From NCBI GenBank assembly GCA_950097015.1, contig CATNEN010000038.1, positions 17,298,001-17,362,000 of the forward strand: 64,000 nucleotides of DNA, in the 5' to 3' direction. This document shows positions 13,601 through 25,480 of this stretch, piece by piece. Within the stretch, counting starts at the first letter, position 1. Every line of letters begins with the position of its first letter. The DNA is from Macrostomum hystrix (lineage: Eukaryota; Animalia; Platyhelminthes). The notes below the pieces were generated by a model. The model was given only the letters and a program-made list of their open reading frames with translations. It did no database searches and had not been told where the DNA came from. The translations under genes and the position numbers were made by a program.

Positions 13601-14770
13601 TACCAATATCCCACACCAGCTACCAATATCCCACACCAGCTACCAATATCCCACACCAGCTACCAATATCCCACACCAGCTACCAATATCCCACACCAGC
13701 TACCAATATCCCACACCAGCTACCAATACCCCACACCAGCTACCAATATCCCACACCAGCTACCAATATCCCACACCAGCTACCAATATCCCACACCAGC
13801 TACCAATATCCCACACCAGCTACCAATATCCCACACCAGCTACCAATATCCCACACCAGCTACCAATATCCCACACCAGCTACCAATATCCCACACGAGC
13901 ATTATCAATCTCAATCGAATTTCTGATAGCCTTGGCATAGGCATAGCTAACAAATCGAATCAAAATCGAATTAATTTGGCTGACAGCTTTAGACTTTAAA
14001 AAACGCTCTCGGCTTTGTTAAACATGTTTTACAATATTTGAATGGAAATACACCCAGGAGATCCCAGGAGATATCTACAGACAATCTAAAGACACAATCC
14101 CGGGAGATTTCTAGAGACAATCTAGAGACACAAGTATCCGTTGATATCTAGAGACAATCTAGAGACAGTATCCGATGGTATCTAGAGACAAAGTATCAGC
14201 AGATATCTAGAGACACAGTCTCAGGAGATATCTAGAGACACAGTCTCGGGAGACAAAGAGACAATCTAGAGACACAGTCTCAGGAGATTCTAGAGACAAT
14301 CTAAAGACACAATCCCGAGAGATTTCTAGAGACAATCAAGAGACAGTATCCGATGGTATCTAGAGACAAAGTATCAGCAGATATCTAGAGACACAGTCTC
14401 AGGAGATATCTAGAGACAGTCTCGGGAGACATCTAGAGACAATCTAGAGACACAGTCTCGGGAGACATCTAGAGATAATCTAAAGACATAATCCCGGGAG
14501 ATTTCTAGAGACAGTCAAGAGACACTCAAATATTCGCAATTGAACGCATCCGCAGGTCAATACGGCACCGACGGTTCCATCTGGATCGAGCGAAACGACA
14601 GCGTTAATCCCGGCGGAACAATCGGCATCTCGACGCTGGCCTTGGCTCTGTCAATTGTTGGTGTACTGCTATTCGGCCTACTTCTTGCCATGGGAGTGAT
14701 CGGTGTCTATCTGAAGTGCAAAGCTCGGTCATTGCAGATGGACGAACCCGGAGTACAGTTCAGTCGCTAA
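4648..14770 (+). CDS. Type I membrane protein (~1030 aa): signal peptide, two beta-rich ependymin/LolA-like repeats, four PAN/apple-like domains, C-terminal TM helix
   Basis: 15 phase-consistent exons: 4648-4753, 4925-5125, 5735-5859, 6199-6307, 6407-6561, 6827-7073, 7738-7913, 8341-8448, 8538-8636, 8714-8885, 9095-9277, 10458-10691, 11147-11587, 12672-13193, 14556-14770 (3093 nt). N-terminus MAYQGILTVLTMYLAIFCLLQ; repeated VRGI motif (VRGITVDYWYSC / VRGIPIHRY); PAN-type DCAEAC..DCKSFTYC..CLL, DCAAAC..CRSFDIC, YCSRRC..CNGLYYC; TM LALSIVGVLLFGLLLAMGVIGVYL followed by KCKAR. The LolA/ependymin fold call is inference. Confidence 0.85.
5975..6080. repeat. Short tandem repeat, 26 bp unit CCAACACCCACCCCATTCATCCGCCG
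   Basis: About 4 copies in intron 3 of the PAN gene. Confidence 0.85.
7120..7645. repeat. Intronic minisatellite, ~16 bp unit GTCTCATCTCTCCCGA
   Basis: Tandem array; same family as 25640-26340. Confidence 0.95.
9360..10445. repeat. Intronic minisatellite, 66 bp G-rich unit
   Basis: About 16 copies of GGGTTGGGGTTTTATGGGGTGGCGGGGCAATTAAAATCATTTGACACTTCAAAGCCCTATCAGGCA; 22-aa periodicity in the ORF track. Confidence 0.95.
11844..12605. repeat. Intronic minisatellite, 56 bp unit
   Basis: CAGCAAATCTACCAACTCAACAGCTAGACATGTTTCCCATGAACCCTACCTATTGG, ~13 copies. Confidence 0.95.
13200..13896. repeat. Intronic minisatellite, 20 bp unit TACCAATATCCCACACCAGC
   Basis: About 35 near-perfect copies starting just after the donor at 13194. 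Confidence 0.97.
14055..14525. repeat. Degenerate tandem repeat rich in TCTAGAGACA
   Basis: Repeated GAGATATCTAGAGACACAGTCT-like units. Confidence 0.85.
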
Positions 14771-14966
14771 CGATCTGGCGACTCGAATTGAATTCATATT
14801 ATTACAGGCACTAGTTCGAGCAAGTGATCCATGTTTATTTTGCGCTCATATTTTAGATTTGATTTTAAAAACAACCCATTTGATTGTTTTTTAGCTTTTC
14901 TTGTCAATTTGTATCTTAAACGAACAATCTAGATTTCCTTTTTTCAGTGTTCCGATGTGTTCATCC

Positions 14967-14972
14967 AATAAA
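14967..14972 (+). terminator. Polyadenylation signal candidate for the PAN gene
   Basis: AATAAA ~200 bp after the stop, following a U-rich 3' UTR. Confidence 0.5.
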
Positions 14973-15039
14973 AAAAAGTTTTGGCGTTTCTTAAGAATAT
15001 AGAATTCCATTTTGTCTTTCTAAACTTTATAAACGCTTC

Positions 15040-15905
15040 GAATCGAAGCAGGAAACCACTGTAGCTTAGAATCGAAGCAGGAAACCACTGTAGCTTATAA
15101 TCGAAGCAGGAAACCACTGTAGGTTAGAATCGAAACAGGAAACCACTGTATCTTAGAATCGAAGCAGGGAACCACTGTAGCTTAGAATCGAAGCAGGAAA
15201 CCACTGTAGCTTAGAATCGAAACAGGAAACCACTGTAGCTTAGAAACGAAGCAGGGAACCACTGTAGCTTTAGAAACGAAGCAGGAAACCACTGTAGCTT
15301 AGAAACGAAGCAGGAAACCACTGTAGCTTAGAAACGAAGCAGGAAACCACTGTAGCTTAGAAACGAAGCAGGAAACCACTGTAGCTTAGAATCGAAGCAG
15401 GAAACCACTGTAGCTTAGAATCGAAGCAGGAAACAACTGTAGCTTAGAAACGAAGCAGGAAACCACTGTAGCTTAGAAACGAAGCAGGAAACCACTGTAG
15501 CTTAGAAGCGAAGCAGGAAACCACTGTAGCTTAGAAACGAAGCAGGAAACCACTGTAGCTTAGAAACGAAGCAGGAAACCACTGTAGCTTAGAAGCGAAG
15601 CAGGAAACCACTGTAGCTTAGAATCGAAGCAGGGAACCACTGTAGCTTAGAAACGAAGCAGGAAACCACTGTATCTTAGAATCGAAGCAGGAAACCACTG
15701 TATCTTAGAATCGAAGCAGGAAACCACTGTATCTTAGAATCGAAGCAGGGAACCACTGTATCTTAGAAACGAAGCAGGAAACCACTGTAGCTTAGAATCG
15801 AAGCAGGGAACCACTGTAGCTTAGAAACGAAGCAGGAAACCACTGTAGCTTAGAATCGAAGCAAGAAGCCACTGTAGCTTAGAATCGAAGCAAGAAGCCA
15901 CTGTT
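15040..15905. repeat. Minisatellite, 29 bp unit GAATCGAAGCAGGAAACCACTGTAGCTTA
   Basis: About 30 tandem copies. Confidence 0.97.
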
Positions 15906-16496
15906 TTTTAATTGTGTTTTTCAGACGGATTCATGGAAATTAAGCGTTACCTGAATTTAGAATTAAAATTTACGCAATCCATTTACGTATGCACTTTTAG
16001 ATTTACAGAATTGGTAAATATATACCTGAAATATGTGTTCTATGAAACCATTTATATTTTTTTAAAGTCAAAATAATTTGAAATTTCAGGGTGTTTAAAG
16101 TGCATGCCCATCAAGTAAAGTTAGCAATAAGAATAATTCTAAAATTAATTAGCCGAAAACAAACAAGATTAACTTAATCAAACTACGTCTTTACACATTA
16201 AGATGTACGTGTACAAAAACGAACACAGACATAGACAGGTGCAATCATTTACAGGTTAAAAACACAGGACATTAATTAAAGGCTTAATTAGTACTACAAC
16301 AGGAATTTCAATTAGCAAACTGAAAAGGTGTTATCACTGGGTTTTTACTGAGTTGCTATGTAATTTGATAATAATACATTTAGGCAACAAATGAATAATT
16401 AAAATTTGAATGATCTGACGAGTGATTTTATCATAGAAAAGTTTCATTTGTCAACGAGATTTCAGTTTTTAGTGTTTTTAGAAATACTGCTGGGAA

Positions 16497-17830
16497 TCAC
16501 CTGTTCCCAAGATCCCATCACCTGTTACCAAGATCCCACCCCTGTTCCCAAGATCCCACTCCTGTTCCCAAGATCCTAGCATCTGTTCCCAAGATCCCAG
16601 CATCTGTTCCCAAGATCCTAGCATCTGTTCCCAAGATCCCAGCATCTGTTCCCAAGATCCTAGCATCTGTTCCCAAGATCCCAGCATCTGTTCCCAAGAT
16701 CCTAGCATCTGTTCCCAAGATCCCAGCACCTGTTCCCAAGATCCCAACACCTGTTCTCAAGATCCCACTCCTGTTCCCAAGATCCCACTCCTGTTCCCAA
16801 GATCCTAGCATCTGTTCCCATGATCCCAGCACCTGTTCCCAAGATCCCAACACCTGTTCTCAAGATCCCACTCCTGTTCCCAAGATCCCACTCCTGTTCC
16901 CAAGATCCTAGCATCTGTTCCCATGATCCCAGCACCTGTTCCCAAGATCCCAACACCTGTTCCCAAGATCCCACTCCTGTTCCCAAGATCCCACTCCTGT
17001 TCCCAAGATCCTAGCATCTGTTCCCATGATCCCAGCACCTGTTCCCAAGATCCCAACACCTGTTCCCAAGATCCCACTCCTGTTCCCAAGATCCCACTCC
17101 TGTTCCCAAGATCCTAGCATCTGTTCCCATGATCCCAGCACCTGTTCCCAAGATCCCAACACCTGTTCTCAAGATCCCACTCCTGTTCCCAAGATCCCAC
17201 TCCTGTTCCCAAGATCCTAGCATCTGTTCCCATGATCCCAGCACCTGTTCCCAAGATCCCAACACCTGTTCTCAAGATCCCACTCCTGTTCCCAAGGTCC
17301 CACTCCTGTTCCCAAGATCCTAGCATCTGTTCCCATGATCCCAGCACCTGTTCCCAAGATCCCAACACCTGTTCCCAAGATCCCACTCCTGTTCCCAAGA
17401 TCCCACTCCTGTTCTCAAGATCCCACTCCTGTTCCCAAGATCCCAACACCTGTTCCCAAGATCCCACTCCTGTTCCCATGATCCCAGCCCCTGTTCCCAA
17501 GATCCCACTCCTGTTCCCAAGATCCCACTCCTGTCCCCAAGATCCCACTCCTGTTCCCAAGATCCTAGCATCTGTTCCCAAGATCCCATTATCTGTTCCC
17601 AAGATCCTAGCATCTGTTCCCATGATCCCAGCACCTGTTCCCTGGATCCCAACACCTGTTTCCAAGATCCCACTCCTGTTCCCAAGATCCTAGCATCTGT
17701 TCCCATGATCCCAATACCTGTTCCCAAGATCTCAACACCTGTGCCCAAGATCCCGACACCTGTTCCCAAGATCGCAACACCTGTTCCCAAGTTCCCAACA
17801 CCTGTTCCCAAGATCGCACACATGTTCTCA
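16497..17830. repeat. Minisatellite, 20-21 bp unit CTGTTCCCAAGATCCCAGCAC with a 103 bp higher-order repeat
   Basis: Tandem array; ORFs recur every 103 bp (16702, 16805, 16908, 17011, 17114). Confidence 0.95.
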
Positions 17831-17993
17831 TTATCCCTCTCTTGTTCCTAGGACATCTGTTCCCAGGATCGTAATATGCTTTTTCGCAATCTAACTACAT
17901 TACGAAATTCCAATGTTGAAAGTAATTTCAAGGTGACAGATATTTTTAATCTAGTTTAATTTGAATTTCCTGGTAATACCAACAGTAAATTAG

Positions 17994-20900
17994 CTATCTT
18001 TCATTCCTATCAGCGTTAGTAGTCCCATTGTGAGTCACGTGACCAATTGTGACAATGCTAGGCACCTCTTCGTCCAGCTCGAGGTCCATGCCGCGATTGA
18101 CGCTGTTCATCATTGAGCCGAGTCCAACCTGGTTGCCGGTCGGACAGTTGAACTGGTCGCTTCTCCGCAGGCTCTCCATAAAGCGCTCCTGATTCTGTAG
18201 GATGGTGTTGAATGCGAACAGGCGAAGGCAGAGCTCGATCATCTCGCACAGTGTTAACAGGCTCATGCCCAGGTATAGGCCGAGAATTCCGCCAATGTCT
18301 GACATCAGATCATAGACCTGGTAGGCCCAGTTCTCCTCGGTCAGCAGGCCCAGCCCGAGAGTGTCTCCGACGCGAATTTTTAAAGCTAAAAAATTCTGCG
18401 CTACGGAGCTGTCCTGACTCTCGTCTAGCCGGACATAGGCCTGGTACAGGTGCCAGTTTGTCTGGCGTAGAAACTCCCGATTGACATCCTGGACTGTTCT
18501 AGAAGTGCCATTCAGGTAGAATACATTCGATTGGAGCCATCTCTGCAGTAGGGGCTGCAGAAAGTCTCCGGTAGCGACTGGCCAAGCGTTCGACATGAAG
18601 CCGACAGTGTAGGTTCGAGTCAGGCAGTTTTCAATACAGCTCAGCGTGCGACTATCGTTTGTAACCAGAATCCGAGCCATTCTCAAACAGGTCTCATTGT
18701 CCAACAGGCTTTCGATGATCTGCGGCAGTCTGTAGGTTCCGTTGCTGCTCCGGTTGGTGACGTTGAACACTTCGCTGACGAGGTCGATGATAAAACCTGG
18801 ATCAGGACTGGACGAGTTCAGGTACAAATTTGACAGGTTGCCACGCCGCTGTTGGTTGACAAACTCGGAGCTGATTGGTTGGCTGGGATCAACGAATCCG
18901 CAGTGGTCCACCAAGTACTGCTGCATGGCTCCGATTCGACAATCAGTTGGCAGCTTGGTAAAGTTCTTCAACTCCGTCTTGCCGTTCCTCACAATCATGT
19001 AGCTCTTGGTGACATCCGGGTCGAGTCCGTTCTCCGCGCACTGCAGCTTGCGTGTACTCTTAGCGGTGTACTGCTGGTAGCGCACGTCTATGATGGTCTC
19101 CTGGTTGTTGGACGCCAGCACCGTCAGGCCATTGGTTGGATAACTGCCCGGCAAATGTACCATCACGGCAGCGCCACCGTTGGTCTGCATTTTGAACTCG
19201 TCACCTGCAGATGCGACCGGGGTCATCGTCAACCAGTGTCATCGTCTGCTTGTAGCTTATCAACCACAGAGCGACTTTTAAGGCGAAGTTGATTACTTGA
19301 ACACTTCCGTTAAACTCTGCAAATATGCGTTAACTTTTGCCATTTACCGTTAAATTCTGGCAAAATCCGTTAACTTCTGTTAACATCCGCTAATTGTATA
19401 GCTAGCATCCGTTAACTTCTGTTTATATCCGATAACTTCGGCTAACATCCGTTAACTTCTGTTAACATCCGTTAAATTCTGTTAACATCCGTTAACTATA
19501 TAGCTAACATCCGTTATTCTCTGTTAACATCCGCTAATTTTATAGCTAGTATCCGTTAACTTCTGTTTATATCCGATAACTTTATAGCTAACATCCGTTA
19601 ACTTTATAGCTAACATCCGTTAACTTTATAGCTAACATCCGTTAACTTTATAGCTAACATCCGTTAACTTTCTAGCTAACATCCGTTAACTTTATAGCTA
19701 ACATCCGTTAACTTTATAGCTAACATCCGTTAACTTTATAGCTAACATCCGTTAACTTTATAGCTAACATCCGTTAACTTTATAGCTAACATCCGTTAAC
19801 TTTATAGCTAACATCCGTTAACTTTATAGCTAACATCCGTTAACTTTATAGCTAACATCCGTTAACTTTATAGCTAACATCCGTTAACTTTATAGCTAAC
19901 ATCCGTTAACTTTATAGCTAACATCCGTTAACTTTATAGCTAACATCCGTTAACTTTATAGCTAACATCCGTTAACTTTATAGCTAACATCCGTTAACTT
20001 TATAGCTAACATCCGTTAACTTTATAGCTAACATCCGTTAACTTTATAGCTAACATCCGTTAACTTTATAGCTAACATCCGTTAACTTTATAGCTAACAT
20101 CCGTTCACTTCTGTTAAGATCCGTTAACTTCTGTTAAAATGCGGTAGCTTCTACCAACGTCCATTAACTTAATCCTTTATTTTAATTCAGTCTATTTAGA
20201 AAAACAAACAAATTGTCAAAATTTTCTAAATTTTGTAACTTCAGTTTTTGCTATTTTACTAATTTAGCACCGCTACTTGCTCGTGAAATGAAAAGAGACA
20301 TACGTCTGCTGTCTTTCCTAAGTCTCGCCTTGAAATTCTGTCACCTCAATACTCGGAGCAGGTTATTAATTAGGTAGCAAGCTAGATTGTTTCTATAGTC
20401 GCCTTTCTGTTGCTTTCAGCTGATGAAAATTACTACCTATATAATATTCAAACCGACCGTTTATAAGCAAGGAATTTTGAGGAATGTAACACAAAAAACT
20501 CTCGTTTCTTTCAAATTTCACCAGAACTGAAGTTTCACTTCACCTGAATCTAAAATTATATCACACCTGAAGTTTCCCTTCACCTGAATCTAAAATTATA
20601 TCACACCTGAAGTTTCACTTCACCTGAATCTAAAATTATATCACACCTGAAGTTTCACTTCACCTGAATCTAAAATTATATCACACCTGAAGTTTCCCTT
20701 CACCTGAATCTAAAATTATATCACACCTGAAGTTTCACTTCACCTGAATTTCCACTGCTTCTGAAGTTTGACTTCACCTGAAGTTCCACTGCTTCTGAAG
20801 TTTCCCTTCACCTGTATCTAAAATTACGAGTATATCACAACTGAAGTTTCACCTAAAATCTGAAGTTTTGTTTTACTCAACTCTCAAGAACTCGCAGGAA

Positions 20901-22679
20901 ATTAAATTTTCGCTTCTCTCAGTCTAAAGTAGATAAATTAGTCCTTAATAATAATAATAATTGCAGGAGGGCTGCAGGTAATGGCACATCATTTGGTGAC
21001 ACTAAACCCGCAGCCAGCGAGGTGGCAATTCTGCCCATTTCACTGTCTCCTGAGCACACACGCACACAGATACTGTACGCAGGCACACACTCACACAGCG
21101 GTGTACATCTGCCCTGACTTTCTCATCGTCAGGCAGTGTACACTCTCACTGTACATTTGAGGTTGGCCCTCAAGCTCGTAAATTGCACGACAAGCCCCCA
21201 AGCCTTCTCTCCGCGGCTGCGCCCCAAATGTGGCCCCGCGGCGGAATCGAGCTCAGGGACCTTGGTACGAGAGGCAGACGCGCCACTCGCCCCCAGTCAG
21301 CCCTCAGTCCAGCCTAATGATTACCTGACAAGTTCCCCAGAGCCGCAATGATATCCGGGTGTCTATTAATGGAGTCTGTAAACAGTACCACCTGTAACTC
21401 GTTCAAATCGTTCACAATAGTGCCGCGCCTCTCGCGAAATCTCTCCAGACTGAAGGTCAGGCAGGAGGGATGCGAGGTCAGGGTTGTGAGCTCGAAGTCC
21501 CGATGGTCGCAGGCCAGAGAGCCGAATGAGCACCTCAAGAGCATCTGCTTTGGGTCGGCCGTGAACTGGGATACCCGCTCCAAGCCGTATGTGTCACGGA
21601 TGACCAAATCTGAATGGATGTAATGGTTTATAGGTACGTGAAACCTGTTGATTTCTATTAAACAGTTTATCTCTTCTCCCTGTATCTCTTCTCCCTGCAT
21701 CTCTTCTCCCTGCATCTCCTCTCCCTGCATCTCTTCTCCCTGCATCTCTTCTCCCTGCATCTCTTCTCCCTGCATCTCTTCTCCCTGCATCTCTTCTCCC
21801 TGTATCTCTTCTCCCTGCATCTCTTCTCCCTGCATCTCTTCTCCCTGCATCTCTTCTCCCTGCATCTCTTCTCCCATCTATTCTCCCTGCATCTCTTCTC
21901 CCTGCATCTCTTCTCCCATCTATTCTCCCTGCATCTCTTCTCCCATCTATTCATCTATTCATCTAGAGCATCTATTCTCTCTACATCTAATCTCCAAGCA
22001 TCTATTCTCCAAACATCTATTCTCTACACCAATTCTACCTACATCTATTCACCCTACACCTATTCTCCCTACGTCAATTCTCCCAGCATCTCTTCTCCTG
22101 TCGAAATGTCCTATTTTTCAACACACTTCTTCCATGGAACTCACTGGGCAAATTGTACAGTCCATCGTCTTCCACCCTGAGCAAGCTGGTGTCGGATACG
22201 TAGTCGCCAAATTTCTCACTAAGATACTGTCGAACGCTTTTATTTAAAATATCTCTCACCTGTTGTATATCGTTGTAAAGTGGTTGAAAATCTCTATTAA
22301 CTTTATACCTAAGCGTTGTTGTTGAATTGTCGATGCTCGCAGTCTCCTGGTCGAAAATCTTACTAATTGCGAACATCATCCGATTGCACACTGTGACATC
22401 CGGATAGAGAAACCTGCTGCCTTTCGGATCGATTTTAGTTGTGATTGGCTCGTCTAAATATTTGAAAACCAGCGTCATCAGGTGGACGGAGAAGCCAACG
22501 ACTGCGCAGGTGATGAGAATCAGCCAACCGATTTGAAATGCCCTGACCGGATGATTCAACTTGTGAAATCCGTGCGCCGTTGTGCTGGCCGCGAAAAACT
22601 TCAACGTATCCACCCGCCTCCGCGGCTGTGGATGTTCGGCCAGCGTCTGACGCTGCGGCGGCGGCTGCGGCTGTCGCAT
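17994..22679 (-). CDS. DEG/ENaC (amiloride-sensitive sodium channel family) subunit, ~660 aa
   Basis: Exons 22679-22260, 22176-22145, 21644-21325, 19204-17994 (1983 nt, phases consistent). Family motifs FAASTTAHG (HG motif), TM1 IGWLILITCAVVGF, YPDVTVCN, MLLRCSF..CLTF, GAAVMVHLPGSYP, TM2 YDLMSDIGGILGLYLGMSLLTLCEMIEL. Confidence 0.92.
19300..20150. repeat. Intronic minisatellite, 22 bp unit AACATCCGTTAACTTTATAGCT
   Basis: Homogeneous core with degenerate edges. Confidence 0.95.
20525..20860. repeat. Intronic minisatellite, 40 bp unit CACCTGAAGTTTCACTTCACCTGAATCTAAAATTATATCA
   Basis: About 5 good copies plus a degenerate tail. Confidence 0.9.
20946..21293 (-). mobile_element. tRNA-derived SINE, family 1, copy A
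   Basis: Reverse complement aligns end to end with 60976-61342; B-box-like GAGCTCGATTCC, (TTA)n tail; A-box region partly deleted. Confidence 0.85.
21668..22100. repeat. Intronic minisatellite, 15 bp unit ATCTCTTCTCCCTGC
   Basis: Fills the ENaC intron between the micro-exon and exon 3. Confidence 0.93.
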
Positions 22680-22860
22680 ATTATTTTCCCGCGTTCCTAT
22701 AAAATAACTTGATTCCCCATCTCTGCAACTCAATTCGCTCCTTTTATTCCGAGTGATCTGTGGAATTCTGTTCTCGTCATGCGCTATAACATAACTGAAA
22801 GGAAATCTATGGGAAAATTCCACTCTCTACTAGGATTGGCTGACAGGACTGTTTAAGTAC

Positions 22861-22892
22861 GCCAATCTCATTGGTTAGCTAATGAGATTGGC
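22861..22892. promoter_or_regulatory. Palindromic double CCAAT element upstream of the ENaC gene
   Basis: GCCAATCTCATT-ggttagct-AATGAGATTGGC (perfect 12-bp arms), with another ATTGG at ~22835. Confidence 0.45.
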
Positions 22893-23273
22893 TTAAAATA
22901 GAGCATGCTCTAACAATTAATCAGATTAGAAGTATTTTCAGTTTTCGTCTGTAGGCTTATAGTCTACCAAATTAGTTTAAAAGCTTTGGAATTTTCCTAA
23001 CATTTGCAAGACATTGCTATGTGACAAAAGTTCTCACTCATATATATTGTGTTATAGTAGGTCACAATGAAGCTTAAACAAATTAGGTCGAAAATTCGCC
23101 GATATGTATTGAAAAAACTGTAACTAGGGCTAACCTGATCATCCAAATGGTGTGTACATCTGTTCAGTCCGTGGACACCCGAATTTCTAATTCTAAACAC
23201 TGGGAGCAAATACTGTAGTCTAAACACTGGGATTCAAGTTTCACTGGCAAACGGACTCACTTAGGCTATTATA

Positions 23274-23510
23274 ATCCCAACTATAGGATTCTAGATCCCA
23301 ACTATAGGATTCTAGATCCCAAATAATGGACTCTAGATCCCAACTATAGGATTCTAGATCCCAAATAATGGACTCTAGATCCCAACTATAAGCCTCTAGA
23401 TCCCAAATATATGTCTCTAGATCCCAACTATAAGCCTCTAGATCCCAAATATGTCTCTAGATCCCAACTATAAGCCTCTAGATCCCAAATATATGTCTCT
23501 AGATCCCAGC
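23274..23510. repeat. Minisatellite, ~21-22 bp unit TCCCAACTATAGGATTCTAGA
   Basis: Tandem array. Confidence 0.9.
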
Positions 23511-24237
23511 GACGCCCCTAGATACCAAATTGAGAGAGATTTATCATTGACGAAGCCAAGAAAATAAAAAGAGAAATCCACGCCATCTAGTCTCCCGTGT
23601 GAGTATCTGAAGTATGATTGACGGGTACATCTAAAAATGCGTATTTTAGACAGAATCAAATTTATCTACTAACGAAATCAGTCCAGTAGTATGATTAGCA
23701 TATATATTCTTTATCTAGCCTATCTAGTCCAGTAGTATGATTAGCATATATATTCTTTATCTAGCCAGTATCCAATCGATGAGCACTCTGTCTAGCCGTC
23801 AGGTGTATAATTAATATATATTTAATTCAATTAAGAATTAAATCAGCGAACACAAGCGTAAAAACAGATCCAAAGACGTCAATTCACAGCCGAAAGAGTG
23901 CAGATTTCTAGTTTGTGATTGTTTTGTAAAGAACATTATTTATTTCTTGTTGACTGCTTTGTAAGGACGTCAAGCAATGTCAAGTTTCTGTCCAAAAGCA
24001 ACCAACGAACGACATAATGAAAAATACCACAATATAAAGTACAGGCCAAGCACATAGTCGTTAATATAACTTGAAATTCAACATAAAAACACAATGTACT
24101 TTACAAAATTCATAAATGAAAATATATTTTTAAGCCGATAAAAATAAATTTTGAGTCTTATCATTAAGTTTTCAATCCTATCAGCTAATATTAACTCTTT
24201 TAGAAAACTGGCTAAAATTCCATATGAACAAGAGCCC

Positions 24238-24762
24238 ACTGTCTAACAGGTGAACACCCTGTCTAACAGGTGAACACCCTGTCTAACAGGTGAACACCCT
24301 GTCTAACAGGCGAACGACCTGTCTAACAGGTGAACACTCTGTCTAACCGGAAATAACAGTGTCCAACAGGTGAACACCCTGTCTAACAGGTGAACACCCT
24401 GTCTAAAAGGCGAACGACCTGTCTAACAGGTGAACACTCTGTCTAACAGGAAATAACAGTGTCCAACAGGTGAACACCCTGTCTAACAGGTGAACACCCT
24501 GTCTAAAAGGCGAAAGTCCTGTCTAACAGGTGAACACCCTATCTATAAGGCGAACGTCCTGTCTAACAGGTGAACACCCTATCTATAAGGCGAAAGTCCT
24601 GTCTAACAGGTGAACGACATGTCTAACAGGAAATAACAGTGTCTAACAGGCAAACACCTTATTTAACAGGTGAACCTTCTGTCCAACAGATAAACACTCC
24701 GTCTAACAGGTAATGACACTGTCTAACAGGTAATGACACTGTCTAACAGGTAATGACCGTGT
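24238..24762. repeat. Minisatellite, 20 bp unit GTCTAACAGGTGAACACCCT
   Basis: Tandem array. Confidence 0.95.
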
Positions 24763-25044
24763 CAAACAATGAATGTTTCTGTCTTACCGTACGTCCGTTC
24801 TACGAGTACATATAAAGTTATGCAACTAAAAAAATCTTCCACTAAAAGAAGAAAGATTTCATGCACTGAATTTCTTGACAAAGAACAAGCAAACAGATTT
24901 TTGTAGCACATAAATTTTCAGATTAAAAACGAACAACAATAACACAATTTCCAAAAGTCATTGGATTTGCATCAGAATCTCATCATTTGCCTACATGCAG
25001 GCTTCCGCTGTCACCTGAATGATAAGACAACGCTACTCCCACCC

Positions 25045-25443
25045 TTACCTGGGCCTTCTAAGTCGCATTAGCCTGGCAAAGGCTCGTCTAAAATCCACAT
25101 TAAAAATAGTATAGATAATCGGATTCAGGGCCGAGTTCAGATAGCCCAGCCAGACGAAGAAGTCGAAGGCGGCTTTCGGCGCGCGCAGATCCCAAACGCC
25201 GCCTAAATAGACTACAAAGAATGGCAGCCAACAGAGCATGAAAATTCCCATGATGATGCCCAAGGTGCGCAGGGCCCGCCTCTCGTGGCTGAGCGAAATT
25301 CTCTGCCTAGTCTTGCTCTGCTCAACTAGCATTCGCGACATCATCGGCTTGGACGCTGCTGCGGTCGCCTCCTCCGCGGCCTCGACACCGTCGTCCTTTG
25401 CAGTCGAAGCTGGATCTTCATCATCGTCTGGTTCAAGGTTTAA

Positions 25444-25480
<37 letters not shown>

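Noticed and set aside
16415-16450. Hammerhead-like CTGACGA..GAAA (also CTGACGATGAGAAA in SINE copy A)
   Set aside because: Stems I and III cannot form properly and there is an extra base before GAAA; the SINE motif lacks stem II and is not conserved in copy B.
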